This document shows, piece after piece, positions 14,601 to 27,900 of a stretch of DNA of 64,000 nucleotides (position 1 is its first letter; every line of letters begins with the position of its first letter). Below the pieces are notes generated by a model. That model made no database searches and was not told the DNA's origin. It saw nothing but the letters and a program-made list of their open reading frames with translations. The stretch is from Trichoplax adhaerens (Eukaryota > Animalia > Placozoa): NCBI RefSeq assembly GCF_000150275.1, contig NW_002060947.1, positions 356,695 to 420,694 of the forward strand, written 5' to 3'. A program made the position numbers and the translations under genes.

Positions 14601-14776
14601 TTCCAATTTAATGTAACATAAGTTTCATTAACGTTTCATTTTTAATTCAATCATATCAAAGCATACCTCCAACTGGTACAACCAACAACGCCGTAAGGAC
14701 GGAAAATAAAGCAAATCAAATCATGATCTTTGCTATTTCAATTGCTATAACTCTATTATCTACAATGTCTGCATAA
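8667..14776 (+). CDS. Extracellular LRR protein 1 (signal peptide, LRRNT, 15 LRRs, 6-Cys cap, short stalk, GPI-type tail), ~501 aa
   Basis: Manual splicing. Signal peptide 8667-8718 (MKYITAACILQSILCTL). LRRNT 9418-9529 (QCPTPCKCPDSKTIDCS). LRR exons start at 10707, 11095, 11350, 11562, 11713, 11963 (69 nt), 12186, 12478, 12757, 12980, 13287, 13529, 13726, 13946 and 14142; all others are 72 nt, bounded by AG and GT, phase 2 (e.g. FLSNNNIQTIDSNAFKSLDSLKIL). Cap 14293-14442 (HSNFSKACCGIPASVTCMPR...GMCSR). Terminal exon 14662-14776 (IPPTGTTNNAVRTENKANQIMIFAISIAITLLSTMSA*). Confidence 0.88.
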
Positions 14777-16624
14777 CCTGGTAAAATATGTTTGCAATTC
14801 ATTCATTTATAACGAAATGATAATTGACTACACCTTTAAACCTTTCATAAGTTTATATAATACTCTATGTATGTATACCAATGGAAATTACGGAGAAAAC
14901 TTAACTCTGCCGAACAGAAAGTTTAAACTCAAAGCGAACCAATTCCGTTCAAAGTTTCTCCTAACTAAATTAACTCTTCTCTTCTTTATAATATGACAGA
15001 CTAATTATTGACCGTATCACGCATTTTAATAAGCTCCTAAAATTCAGGGCTTTATGGCTGCATTGATTATTAGTAGAACAGCATAATTATTACAATTAGC
15101 TGTTCAAATATACATCATCATGTAGATACCTCTTCTAAATCACTATCCAATGACCTTAAGTGCAACAGTAGCTCCTAAAAGAATTACGAAATGCGCAATT
15201 TACAGTTAAATTAGAACTAAATTTTCAATTATAACTAAATTCTAACTAGGTAAAATATTTTCAATGTAATGGTACTTTTCATAATTTTCATTAATAAACA
15301 GCTTTTTAATAACAATTAAATAATAAGCTTTAGCAGCTGACGAATTACGTCAAATATTTGAATCATAACGTCGGAGCATAAAACGAACGGTAAAAAATAA
15401 TACAATTTGTAATTACCTAAAATTAGAATACATCTGCAGTGGCTTCGACGAATGATATTACATAATATGAAGAGTTATACATTAGCTGCAAGACAATGCA
15501 GACGCAATCTAATTTTATGCTACGATATTACGTCATCTTATTTGTGTTTGAAGCTATAAATTGAGAATATTAACTCACTAGGATATTATATATTGCAACT
15601 AAAAAAGTCTTAACAAGGCATTTTGAGAGAGATCCTCATTGAAATTAGATAAAAGTCTCTTTTAAGTTTTTGAGGTTGAAATCTCACGGGGGTAGTCATA
15701 ACGTGCTTTAAAAGGTTAGATTAAAATTAATTTATAGAAACGAGGTGCTCTATCAATGACTGCCTCTTTCAGGAGTACCGTGCTAACCGGTATCATCGTC
15801 TGAAAAAAACGTTAAAAAACAGTCAAGCTTTTACTCAGGTATATATATCTTAAGGACAAAATCATTCTTAGGAATGGCCGTAACATATATATATATGGCT
15901 AGTCCAATTCATATCCTGGCATATAATTAAAGCACGTCATATAATTAATACACAATTTGTTGATTCCAATTTAAATCTTTTCAGATACCCAGGATGCTAT
16001 TTTCGTATTGATAGATAATTTGACATTGATAAAGCAGCAAGCCAAATAATACTGATAACTACCAAGAAATGCGATTATAAATCAGCGATCATTAATATTC
16101 TAAAATTGATACACTTCAAAGAGACCATATAAAAGTACTTGTTCTATATTAAGTTGATCAATTTGAGAGTCCATTCTCCTGAGTACACAATAGTGACAGG
16201 TGTAGCACAATATTAACTGTTATCACAATTTTCCATTAATAGCGGCCTGGTAATTTCCTCCCAAGTAGTAATTGCAAAAGCTGCATTTCTAAAGGTTCTT
16301 TAATCTCCTCTGATGATAAAGTAACTTGAGTCACATTTACATGCCTTTGACACTAGAGATTAAGGTTAACCCTTGATCACAAACCAATTATTATTTTAAT
16401 TTTATTAACAATATCTCATCGATTTAGAAAAGAGTATTGTTGACACAAGCGACTTAAATTAAAGAATTTAATTTAATTCTATTGTTATCCCGTTATTAAT
16501 ACTGTTGCATAATGTATTAATTATATTTATGTTAATAAACTTCTTTCCTAGCAATCATTTCTGACCTCGCCGCGGAATTTATCCACTGAAGGATCTATCC
16601 AAGCACGAAAATATAATTCTAAAA

Positions 16625-19600
16625 ATGAAGATCAAAGCCATATTATTCATCATTTTGGTAGTATACCCCTCAGCAGGTATTCCTTTTGGAAGATAGGTTG
16701 TGCTGATACTTATTAATTCCTATTCAACTCACTAATCAGCCGTTACTTGTTTAAATGTGCATCGCCAAATTGATCGCTGAACCGAAATCGATCAATTTTT
16801 TATTAATATCGACAATTATGGACCTAGCGATAAAGTCGTAGGATATTGAAGTATATCAATATCGAAGTTTTATTACCTTACCCTACTTTTACTTTATCAG
16901 ATAATACATTTCCGAAATTTTAATATCAACAGATGGTCCTTAAAACTCCTTCCACTATTCTCTCAATAGGATCCTCGAACTTTTATCTTTCATAAAAATC
17001 CGATTTTTAGATCTAAAGAGAAAAATTACTAGAATGAGCGATAAAGTTTAATTCTAGCTGTAAAGTACCGGTACAAAAAAAATCGAATATGAGCCCTGTC
17101 AATTTTAAATATCATAGTGCACAAGTAAATGCTATAATTTTTCCCCTGAATATCGCTGGGATAGCCTGCAAATGTGAACTCCGCTAGTCATTGTAAAACC
17201 TATAGAGATTTACAGTTACAGTTTGTCTCTAAATAATCTAATCAGCATCAGATAGCCGCCCAGAAAACTAAAATATCGATAGAACTAATTATCATTAGCC
17301 AGCAAACCTTGCTAAAGTTAATTATTTAAGCGAAATTGTTGAATCGACTTAGTTCCACTTAATCGTTTCAATATACTTTAGCCATTCGTATCGCATTATA
17401 TCGCCAATAAAATTTTTCTCTGCTTTATTTTATGTAGAGAGTAAATTTCTGCACTACCCTCTATAGTTCATTTTCTTCAACAAGATTGATGCATTGTTTA
17501 GACTTCTTGCTAACTAGATAATATCTTTCATTTAATAACGATGCATAGTGTTCCTACAATGTCTACCTAACTGTACATGTCCTAGCAAAGCAACCATTAT
17601 TTGCAAGGGATCTCAGATAGGTCAAATACCAATGCCTAACACATCCATGTCGCAAGTCACTACCTTGTATGTAAAAACTCTTTTGTTTCGTTACAGCGCA
17701 CTACATCAGACTCTAATGTATATCTAGAAATAATATAATCAAAGTTATTTTTTTGGATATTAGTACATTGCAAAACACAGCAATTAAATCTGTGCCAGCC
17801 TCTGCTTTCATTAATTTTCCCAATGTCGCCCACATGTAAGTAGAAATAATCTTGCGACATTATCAGTTTGTTAAAGATAGAGCTTATAATATGAGCAAAA
17901 TAAGATTATCGCAATTATTTTAAATGCAATTTACAATCTTTAGAGTTAGTTACAGCAATTTATTTTATCAATACCATTCTAAACATTTTATAAAATTATA
18001 TAAAATTGCTTTATCGATTACCTTGGCAAATATCATGTTTGTGGGATTGACCTGATTGTTGGGCAGAAATATGAAGGGTAATGCTATCAATACTATTGCA
18101 GTTGGAGCCTTTAGCGGACTAACTGCCGTTTCATCTATGTAAGATATTCTACCTTTTAATTTCATACTACTTTACGACGAGGTAAAACTGTTTCTTTCTA
18201 TAAAAGGATTAAAAATCTAATGATGCTCTTAAATATAACGTTTTCTAGAGATTTAACTCATAATCAACTCTCAGTTTTGAAGAATAACACGTTTAAGACT
18301 CTCAATCATCTTACTGAATTGTAAGCTCTATTTGCATTTCATTCTAATGATATACAGTACATATCTTTTTCTAATGTATAATATGAACGTGACCGACTTC
18401 GCATACGGTCACGTTCTATATATATACTGACTTTCATAAGCTACCAATATATATTTAAATCGATCATTTACCCAAATTAGGATTTTGACTTCCAATCAAA
18501 TTTCCAGCGTTGAAAACAACGCATTTGCTGGACTAGCTGCTTTAACTAATCTGTAGGTTTTTATACTTGATTTCTTTTAATTCAAAATTACAGCATAAAC
18601 TAATCTACTATATATTATATCTTTACGTTACTTGAAGAACTCATGTATTACAGTAATTCTTCATGGTGCCATATTTATTTAGCTAAAGCTTACGGTAACT
18701 TACCGAGCATGGATTACTAACGCAGAAAACTATAGTCAATTTATCGAGTAAATTAAATAGCAGAAGTTAACACAGGCAATAGATGTATAACTATAGTACA
18801 TTAGTATTAGAATTTTAATTTCTAGCTAAGGCGTTAACATCAACAATTTGAATTGTATATTAGTTCCTTTTCTTAGTGTCGTATTTTTAGCGCTTATAAG
18901 GTAGGTAAGCATACTTGGATTACAATCTTTAGTTGTAGTATTGATTTAAATAATGAAATTTTCAAAATTCGAACTACTGTTCCGATGCCGCTGGCAAATA
19001 GTTGAAATTAACACCTGAGATTATGCTATGCTATTTAATTTAATAAGTCGAACGTTATAGTAGTGTAATGGTTATTCTGTTTTATATTAACTTTTCGAGG
19101 CGACTAGATGATAATAAACTGAAGACTGTACCGAAAATTCCTTTGAAATCCTTACCAAGTCTTACCAATTTGTAATTATTGAGCAATCATCTTTATAGTT
19201 ATCGAACTTATCAATTATTAACGAAATGTTTAAGATGATCATTTTCATTAGAGTTACCCTACATTAAAATATGGGAAAATACTCGTATAGAATTTTATCT
19301 GATGTTCAGAATAGCTATATTTTATATTTAAAAAGTTAAGATTATCATTTAAAACTTACCGGTACTTAATTTAAAAGTATGTATTATTAATCTGCCAACA
19401 TTTTCACTGATGCAGTTCCTGTTATGAATCGTCTCCAGTTTACGAAAGTATATAACACAAAATGCAATCCAAATTTTCGCCAGTGACTTTACTATAATTC
19501 GTTTAACCCAATCTCTTCTTTCAGCAAGTCTTTAAAGTGATCTACTCTCGTAGATCGAAACTTTATCGTAAATATCGCTCCTTCCAGATTAGTTTATCTA

Positions 19601-22600
19601 GCGTCTTTGCAAGATTATAGTACCTTTTCAGCTATCTCAAAGATATCGTGTAATACTCCTATCTTATATAGAAGGAATAATCACAGCTATAGCAAATTAC
19701 GATAGATAACCATACTCTCTAGCTAAGTGTAATCAGTTTATGATATCGCTGCTAAGTCACTTTTTCGGAAGAATTTATGAATCATGAATTTAAAACCCTT
19801 AAATCTCAAACCAATACATTTTTTCCATCAATTTAAAATCGCTTTAAGAACATAAAATTAAATGTGATGGCTAAGGTATGAATACGTTAGCAATTATATT
19901 GTATTATAAATTTGCTAATACTGCTATAAAACATTTTTAGGAATTTAGCTGGAAATTCATTATCCGCCCTCACGCCTGGAAATTTTCAGCTCCCAAAAGT
20001 CACTACTCTGTAAAGTTTTCTAATTTTTTTCTAAAAAAATTCAATGCACCTTGCAAGGAATAGGACTTTCAAATAATAAATCATTTAGATACTCTAAAAA
20101 ATTGTTATTGCTTTAATTATATTTAAATCTTGGCCCTGAGTAAAATATTTTATACTCAATTCGGCTAGCATCTTATCCAATAATGCCATCGCCAGCATTG
20201 CAGATGACACATTCAACGCTATGTCAATGCTTCAGATTTTGTAAGCATCCTAATTGTATTCATGTGATAAATTTTGGCATGAAATTTTACTAACTTTCGA
20301 AGCCTGATGTGTTAATAATGTATAATGTATATGCATGGTTAATCCATATAATTTTTTGCCTCTAAATTTAGACAGCACATACTAAGAGAATATTTTAAAT
20401 TAATAACGTTGTCAAATTTAGGCAATTAGACAAAAACCAAATCCGTGCTCTACACGATAGAACATTCACATCCATACCAAAATTACAAAAATTGTAAGAA
20501 ATAGATTTATGAACTGTATTTAATTTTGTATATCATCGCTGTAATTAATTTCTTAACTTTAAAATCTTAAGTACACATTTTCAAATATCAAGTGATTTTC
20601 TCGCCACTTATTCTGTTCTAAATCAATCATTTTAAAACTCTCAAAGCACTAAACCGAGTAATCCTGCATTTTAAATTGTATTAATTAAATCTAGAAATTT
20701 AAAGAATAACGTGATTACTACACTATCATCCGGATGCTTCAAGCCCATCAATCAGCTGAATTACCTGTGAGTTATGCTAAAATAGAAGCACAAAGCATAC
20801 TGATATTAATTTAATCGATTGATAATAAAAAACTTACATAATTTAAAATATTAATTAATCAATGAACTATCAATTAATACTATTGTATTTTTCTTTTTTC
20901 AAATTGTTAAGAAATCTGAACCAGAACGCTTTAACAGCAATTACCTCTACGACTTTTTCTGCTCTAACTCAACTAACAGACTTGTAAGACTGAATTTAGA
21001 TGCGTACGCACTTTCGTTAGCCTAAACAGTCAAAATTTTAAAGATTACAACCCAATTAGTTACTATAGCTTACTCTTTGAGCTATCTACATTTAGCTATT
21101 CTACTTTTATAATATTTGTTGGACAGGATTATGGCGGCCAATCATATATCTTCGGTAGCTCCTGGAAGCTTTCAAGCATTGACCAAGCTACGAAATCTGT
21201 AAATTATTGTAACAGAATCTTTACAGTCAATTAGTATTTTTAATTAACTTCGTACATTTACTAATAGCTGCAGCGTTCATAATAACGCCAATATACGGAT
21301 ACGTTTTATTCGGATGAGGACCATAACTTTTCTTCGTATATTCCCATATAGATTTCTAGACGGAAATCGATTAGAATATTTATGCAGCAATACGCTTAAA
21401 AACGTTAACAATCTGGTGTACTTGTAAGTATTACTGGTCGAGAATTGATTATTTCAGTTCAAAAAAAACAAAATTTAAAGATTGACCAGCAATAAATTAT
21501 TATTTTTAAGGCAGGCGTATTCAGATGTATTAAATAGATATATCTTCAGAAGTAGGATAGTGCAGTAGCTATAAACCATCTTCTCTTTCTGCCAGTTTTA
21601 GTGATGTTGTATCATTGTGATAAAATCCAATCCTAAAAACCCCAAAGTTGTAAATAATTAGAACTTTATCAGATCTAATACAAAGACTAGCTACAAACAG
21701 CTCTACTCTAGCCGAATACAACTACGGAAAGACTTCTAGAAAGAACAATCAGATAATCTAATGTCTTCTGCTTTTATGCTCTCCGAAGCTTTCGCAGTTA
21801 CTTTCAGCATTGCAGCATTCTATCATATTTTACACATATTCAACTTATTATTAGTCACAATGTTAAATAGTGAACCATCATTAATTCAATATAGAAATGA
21901 TGACATAATTTTCGTAGATATTATTCCTACCTCTTAAAGTACAATGAACTAAGCGTATCATAACATATGATTTACAATTCTATTTCTACCTCTAACCTTA
22001 TTAGTAGCTCAACACCTTGCTTTATTTAGTCATCTGTACTCTAGCATAGAGTCTATCCTTACTGTCGATAATTATGGGCTACTAAATATATCATAAGATA
22101 AATATAGAAAAGACACTACCGTATATCATACTAAGATGGCTAATAGTCTACAATCATAATACTAAGTTACTTTACAATCATTTACATAGTATATATCTGC
22201 ATTCTATTATTCAGCTATAAAATAACGTTCATGATGAAAATTAATTATGATCATTGCTATAAGGGGTCTATCTGCAAATGGTCTGTTAGCGATTGCTGAT
22301 AATGCCTTTAGCAGCCAGGGAAAAGTAACTGATTTGTAAGTCAATAGAAGCCTTATGTTTTATAATAAAATTACATGATTCCTAGTAATTTGATAATGCA
22401 GTATTATATTTACTTGGATTGCTGAAATGGCTGATTAAATTGATTACATTTAGTGAGTGTACTTTACGAGATGAGGAATTTTGCTCAAGATATAAAACAG
22501 ATTTTAAATTAATGTCATAAGTGCAAATAATTACGAATAGATTGCTTGACTTCAATCAACTCACTGCTATTGGTGATAAGACTTTTGCGGGCTTGAAAAA

Positions 22601-23337
22601 TCTTTTAGACTTGTAAGTTTAAATCTACATCATGTACTTCAGTCCTAGAATAAATTGAAAATGTAGATATTGTTTGTCTTTAGAAAATATTTAATGATCT
22701 AGAAAATTCATCTTCGAAACATATACGGGTAAGCTATTAATTCCATACTATTATTTTTGCAGAAATATTCAAAGTAACAAGTTATCCTGTGTCTCGGCAA
22801 ATGCATACGCCAGCACACCTAAGTTAAAGAGGGTGTAAGTCTCTAGATTCAAATTTATTAGAGCAGTAAAAGAGAAATAACCCTAACTGGTAACATTATA
22901 TAATAGGATAACTACTTCTGCAATTGCGTGCTGTAATAAACCATCTACAGTAGTATGCTTGATGCCACGTGCAGGATGTTCTAATCAAACCAGTACAATA
23001 ACATGTACTAATGTACTACCGCAAATACCGTCTGGTAAATGCTCGATGAGGTCAGACACACGCTCTATTATTATAAAATATTATGATCGCACTATAAATC
23101 TTATCATTAGTAGAATTTAGAACAGTATCGAATATTTATAGCGAATAAAAATAACGGAGTGCTAACATGAAATATTTTCAATATTGTAGCAATCCAACTA
23201 GTAATCCTACTAGTGGGTCAAATACTAAGGCACCCACTCCCTCTCATATAACTGGGGCTGCAAATACTATAAGAGCTTGGACGAACCAACTAACCTTATT
23301 TATATGTTTGGTCGTTATGTTAACTTTATGGGCATAA
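16625..23337 (+). CDS. Extracellular LRR protein 2 (signal peptide, LRRNT, 15 LRRs, 6-Cys cap, S/T/P stalk, GPI-type tail), ~512 aa
   Basis: Signal peptide 16625-16676 (MKIKAILFIILVVYPSA). LRRNT 17549-17666 (QCLPNCTCPSKATIICK). LRR exons start at 17764, 18067, 18249, 18481, 19100, 19941 (69 nt), 20169, 20422, 20695, 20912, 21127, 21352, 22264, 22541 and 22763. Cap 22907-23050 (AIACCNKPSTVVCLMPRAGC...GKCSM). Terminal exon 23190-23337 (NPTSNPTSGSNTKAPTPSHITGAANTIRAWTNQLTLFICLVVMLTLWA*). Confidence 0.88.
18385..18416. repeat. Perfect 11-bp GC-rich inverted repeat (hairpin) in an intron of LRR gene 2
   Basis: GAACGTGACCG-acttcgcata-CGGTCACGTTC. Confidence 0.85.
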
Positions 23338-24989
23338 TAGGAATTTATTAGAACATAGCAAGCTCATTAGATGCACTGAAGAAAATGAGGAAGTTATTTT
23401 AATTTAGGCTAGGATAACTGATCAGATAATTCAAGTACAAAATTAGGAAATCTAAGTAACGAAAATAGATGTTAATTAAAGTTAGTTTAGGAAATCTTAT
23501 ATTAGTAGACAGATCTAATCTTGATGATTATGATCATGTTATCGACCAACCATGTATAAGAAAATATTATCAGCTACTCTTATGCCCACACCAGAGAATA
23601 GATTGTTATAGAAAGTACATTAGTCTCAGAAGTACCTGATGCTGTACGAATTATTCTCCGTTAATACTGGATACACAATAATTTGCAATAAGAAGCTATT
23701 ATTTTTATAGATGCTTCAACTAGATTTGATTTCTAATATGTTAGGTACAGTTAAGCTATGAGGAAATGTACCGTCATTTCTAATAATTATATTTTCTCTG
23801 CATCTTCTTGTAAAACTTTGGCATCGATGGTAAATAAATTTAAGTGCTTGCTTAATGCTTAGTAATAGAATTGTAATAGAGTGACTTAAAAGTGTCATGG
23901 TGAATACTACGCCACATTTTTAGATTTAATTAAAATTAAAAATCAAGATAGTATTCTTCAATCTTGCTGGCGAACAGATGTATGAAGCTGATATAAACTG
24001 AGATGCATTCAAATATTAAAATCTTCTTAACATATTATGACTTATAATCCATCTATGGGAATTTATGCACCTAGCATTAGCCTAAATGGAGCTTTTACCG
24101 CCCATTGATTTTTGTATGTCATTAAAAGGAAATTATAGTAGGATAGAGCTAATTTGTACGACAGGCAGAGCATTATCAATGGGACAGTAAAGATGATTTG
24201 TAATTCATGAGATAATCACAATAAACCGCTTGATCATTGACTAATTTCGTTATAATGATAATGTATTGAGCGAAGGAGGCCATCCGGCAATAAAATCCTT
24301 GCAGTAACAGAAGAATTACTGTTGTAATAGGTATTATTCTAGTTACAGTAAGATTGTATGGTTTAGATATGTATACTAAATAACTGATAACTGTATAAGA
24401 GGTTAAAAACAGACGATTCGGTGATGAATATTTTATACGAGCACATTATTTAGATACGCATTTCAATTATCTATAAATAAATTCTCTACCTACCGTATTA
24501 TTAGACTACCTACGTCATTTATTGTGGTTGAAGTTAACAATTACCAGTTATTTTTAGGGGTCATTAATATTCTCTATACTTAGCGGTATGCTATTATAAA
24601 ATCTTTACAAGTACTTGGAATAATTAGCATTGTCTAAAATGTAAATTTTTCTATAGATAATTACATTAATATGTCAATATGTCAAGAGGGATGATATCAA
24701 ACAAATGAAATTCTATATCGAATAACAAACCAATTAAGCAATTTAATTTCCGCCTTTTAAATAGTTAGGCAATTTAGATTCAGTTAATTAATATAAGTTA
24801 ACTACCTGTAACACCACTATGTATTGAGATTGTAGACTAATAGCCTTGTTTAGTATGATGTGCGATAGCATGACTTTTTGTATTTATCTTAAGAAATAAT
24901 TAGTTACTTATGACCATAGACTGTTGTGGGAAATCAGTAATATATCATTCTACCATAGCTCGCTTCAGTTGCTTAAATATTCCTTCAAA

Positions 24990-27900
24990 ATGAAAACTGT
25001 CCAGTTAGTTATTCTACTAATTTTTTTCCAAGCTCAAACAGGTAGCACAATCTTTGCAAAACTAGATAATAACTTTAAAATCATCAACAGAGTTTTAACC
25101 TAAAGGTAGTATGACATACGAATAATATGCTTAATGAGACCTAGTAAAACTAATTAAAGAATTACCGCACCGTATGATTCAGATCAGAAAGAAAGAAAAG
25201 AAAAAATGTGGGAATAACTTGATCAGAATACATTAGTAATTTAGGGAAATGTGAATAAACTAGACTATTAAATTTTAATCTTTTGTTATAATTAATTTAT
25301 TTGTTGAAAGCTGGCGTAGAAGTTCAAATCAGAAGGATACAGTACTTTAACTTGCCAAATAGAATAATTTTTCTTCTAAGTTAGCCATGACTATTATACG
25401 GATAGCAAGACAAGCCGCAATCTTTTCATTGCTCAAAAGGATTTATTTGGTTTGTGGAAGCACCTCAGCAGTAATTCGAGCGGTAACATTGCAGTGATTA
25501 AATCAGTAGCATTTGAAGTCTAAGGTTAATTTATGCATTATTATACTATGAAATTTTCTAACTTGAAACTTTATTAAATTCAAATCGTGCTAAAATATAA
25601 ATCTCAATGCATTCCTTTAACGTATTAACGAAAGTAGGAAATTTTAATCTATTCCGCACTCTTACTCGTACATCAAAATGATGCGTTTGAAATGACTTCC
25701 CTGTTCACCACTATATTCTTCAATAAGCTTTTAAGAACATTTTGATGCATCAATTATTTCAAGAAACATAAATCTCAATGGATTCTTTTAATGCATTAAC
25801 GATATCAGGACGTTTAAATCTATTACGAGCTTAAGTATCAAAAAGACATCTTTGGAATGTCTTTTTTATTCACTTCCTCATTCTTCGTTAAACTTTTAAA
25901 AACATTTTGAGCGATCCCTTCATTCTTGCTCAACTAATAGTTTAAAACATTTTAAAGCAAATAAACCTATAAGTTTTCCAAAATTAGCATAGATAGACAG
26001 AGATGTAGTTATACCCCTTGAAAATTTAGTCAAAATATACCATAATCGCGCAGTTTCAAATCGAAATAATCTTACTTTTCCTTCAATTACAGCAATTTAC
26101 CAAATTCTTCTTCCTCTATCATTAACTGATTTATTCAATTAGGGAATTATATAACTATAGATCAATATAGTGTAATCTTGACGGAATCTAATAGAGATCC
26201 AGTCTACCTATTATTGACCTACTCTAATTTCTTAAACATTAGTGATGAAGATTTTGTAAGATTTATCACTGCCTATTTTATTATCAAGGACAGAAACAGA
26301 TTAAATACCACTATAAAGTCGCCTTCGTATCTCGCATCTAAATTTTGGAACATTTGAAAAAGATTCAGTACAAAAACATAAATTTTAGTAATTTCTGCTT
26401 TGCAAGATCATATATGCTACATATAGTCAAATTCGTTTCAATAAAGCCGAATGATTATCGCTAATTAACGAACAAATATCAAGAGCATTCTATTAGATAA
26501 TTACTAATTATTGCAGGCCAGGAGCCTAAGAACAAAACCTAAAATATCCTACATCAAAACATAACAGTGTGATTATGTCATTGCTGTATCCATTTATTAA
26601 CATCAAAAGTTCAAAATTAAGAAATAATCATGCATGTTATGGAGAATTATATTTCGGTACAGTACTTTCGCGGTCTTAATGGTATCGTAAAAGTACTTTG
26701 ATCAAATAACATAACTTAGTAACTACATTGATAGCCTAAAATTAATGACAACTTCTAAATTGTAAATAAATTAGTTAAGTAGCTAATTGCATTTTTTAAT
26801 TAACAATTATTTCTCCTATTCTACATTGCAGTACTTTCTCAGTGTCCTAAAAAATGCAAGTGTATCTTTGGCCAAGTATCTTGCTCCGGGGAAGGAATAT
26901 CAATACCAAAGCCAGCATCACCGAGTTTAGATATTCAGCAAATGTAAATGAATATGAAGCTTAAGCGAAGATTTTTCATTTTAGAGCCTTTAGTTTGTCT
27001 TATCCAGATAAATTGATATGAGCGAGCTTAAGATACATTACCATACAATTAAATATTGAGAATGCAAGATTAAGCTGAACGTAGAGAATTTAGGAACTTT
27101 GCCGAAATAAAATTTTATTTCAATTTAATCATTGTTTAAATTTTATATTTAAGTTCGGTATCAATGGTTGGATTAAAAACACTTTCAGCTAATAGCTTCA
27201 TTAACTTTCCCAACCTTTTACATATGTGAGTCTTCAATTAGATGATCATATATTAATGTTTTTTGTAATTTAAATTGCTGTGAGGTATACTCAAACATTG
27301 CTATTAATTAGCAGCTTAAATGCGTTTATACCCAAGGTAAATTAGAAATATTTTAACATCAATTTCCTGGTCAATCACTCTGTTTAGAACGTTAAAAGAC
27401 AATACCATCAATAATATTGAAATAGGAGCATTTAATGGTACGAACAACCTGATTTCACTGTAAGAGCATTAAAAGTATCTATTAAATTTTACTGAAACAA
27501 AGACAAACGATGTTACAATATTAAATAATTAATTTTCAGTGTATCTTCGATAATAAAGGTTGGCTGATACCATTAATTTATCAACTTCTAACACCAGATT
27601 TACAAAAACTTTTATACTTGCTATTATTGCAGAGATCTATCAGGTAACCGTTTGATAACACTAGGAAATAAGATTTTCGAAAATCTAAATCAACTTACAG
27701 AACTGTAAGTAAATTGTGTATAATTACAATATATATTTCATCATGGAAAAATTTTCCTAATCCACCCACTATATCAACTAAATACAATATCACTGATTGT
27801 CATCAAATTTAAATAACGATCGAAAATTTCCATCTGAAACAGGAACTTGAAGCATAACAGAATTTCAACAGTAGGCGATTATGCCTTTAAAGGTTTAAAT

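Noticed and set aside
15760-16624. Candidate non-coding first exon and 5' UTR intron upstream of gene 2 (similar acceptors precede the other ATGs)
   Set aside because: Plausible but cannot be supported without transcript data.
17660-18165. Short minus-strand ORFs overlapping LRR exons (also 10604-10795, and 63336-63551 on the + strand)
   Set aside because: Antisense shadows of real exons.
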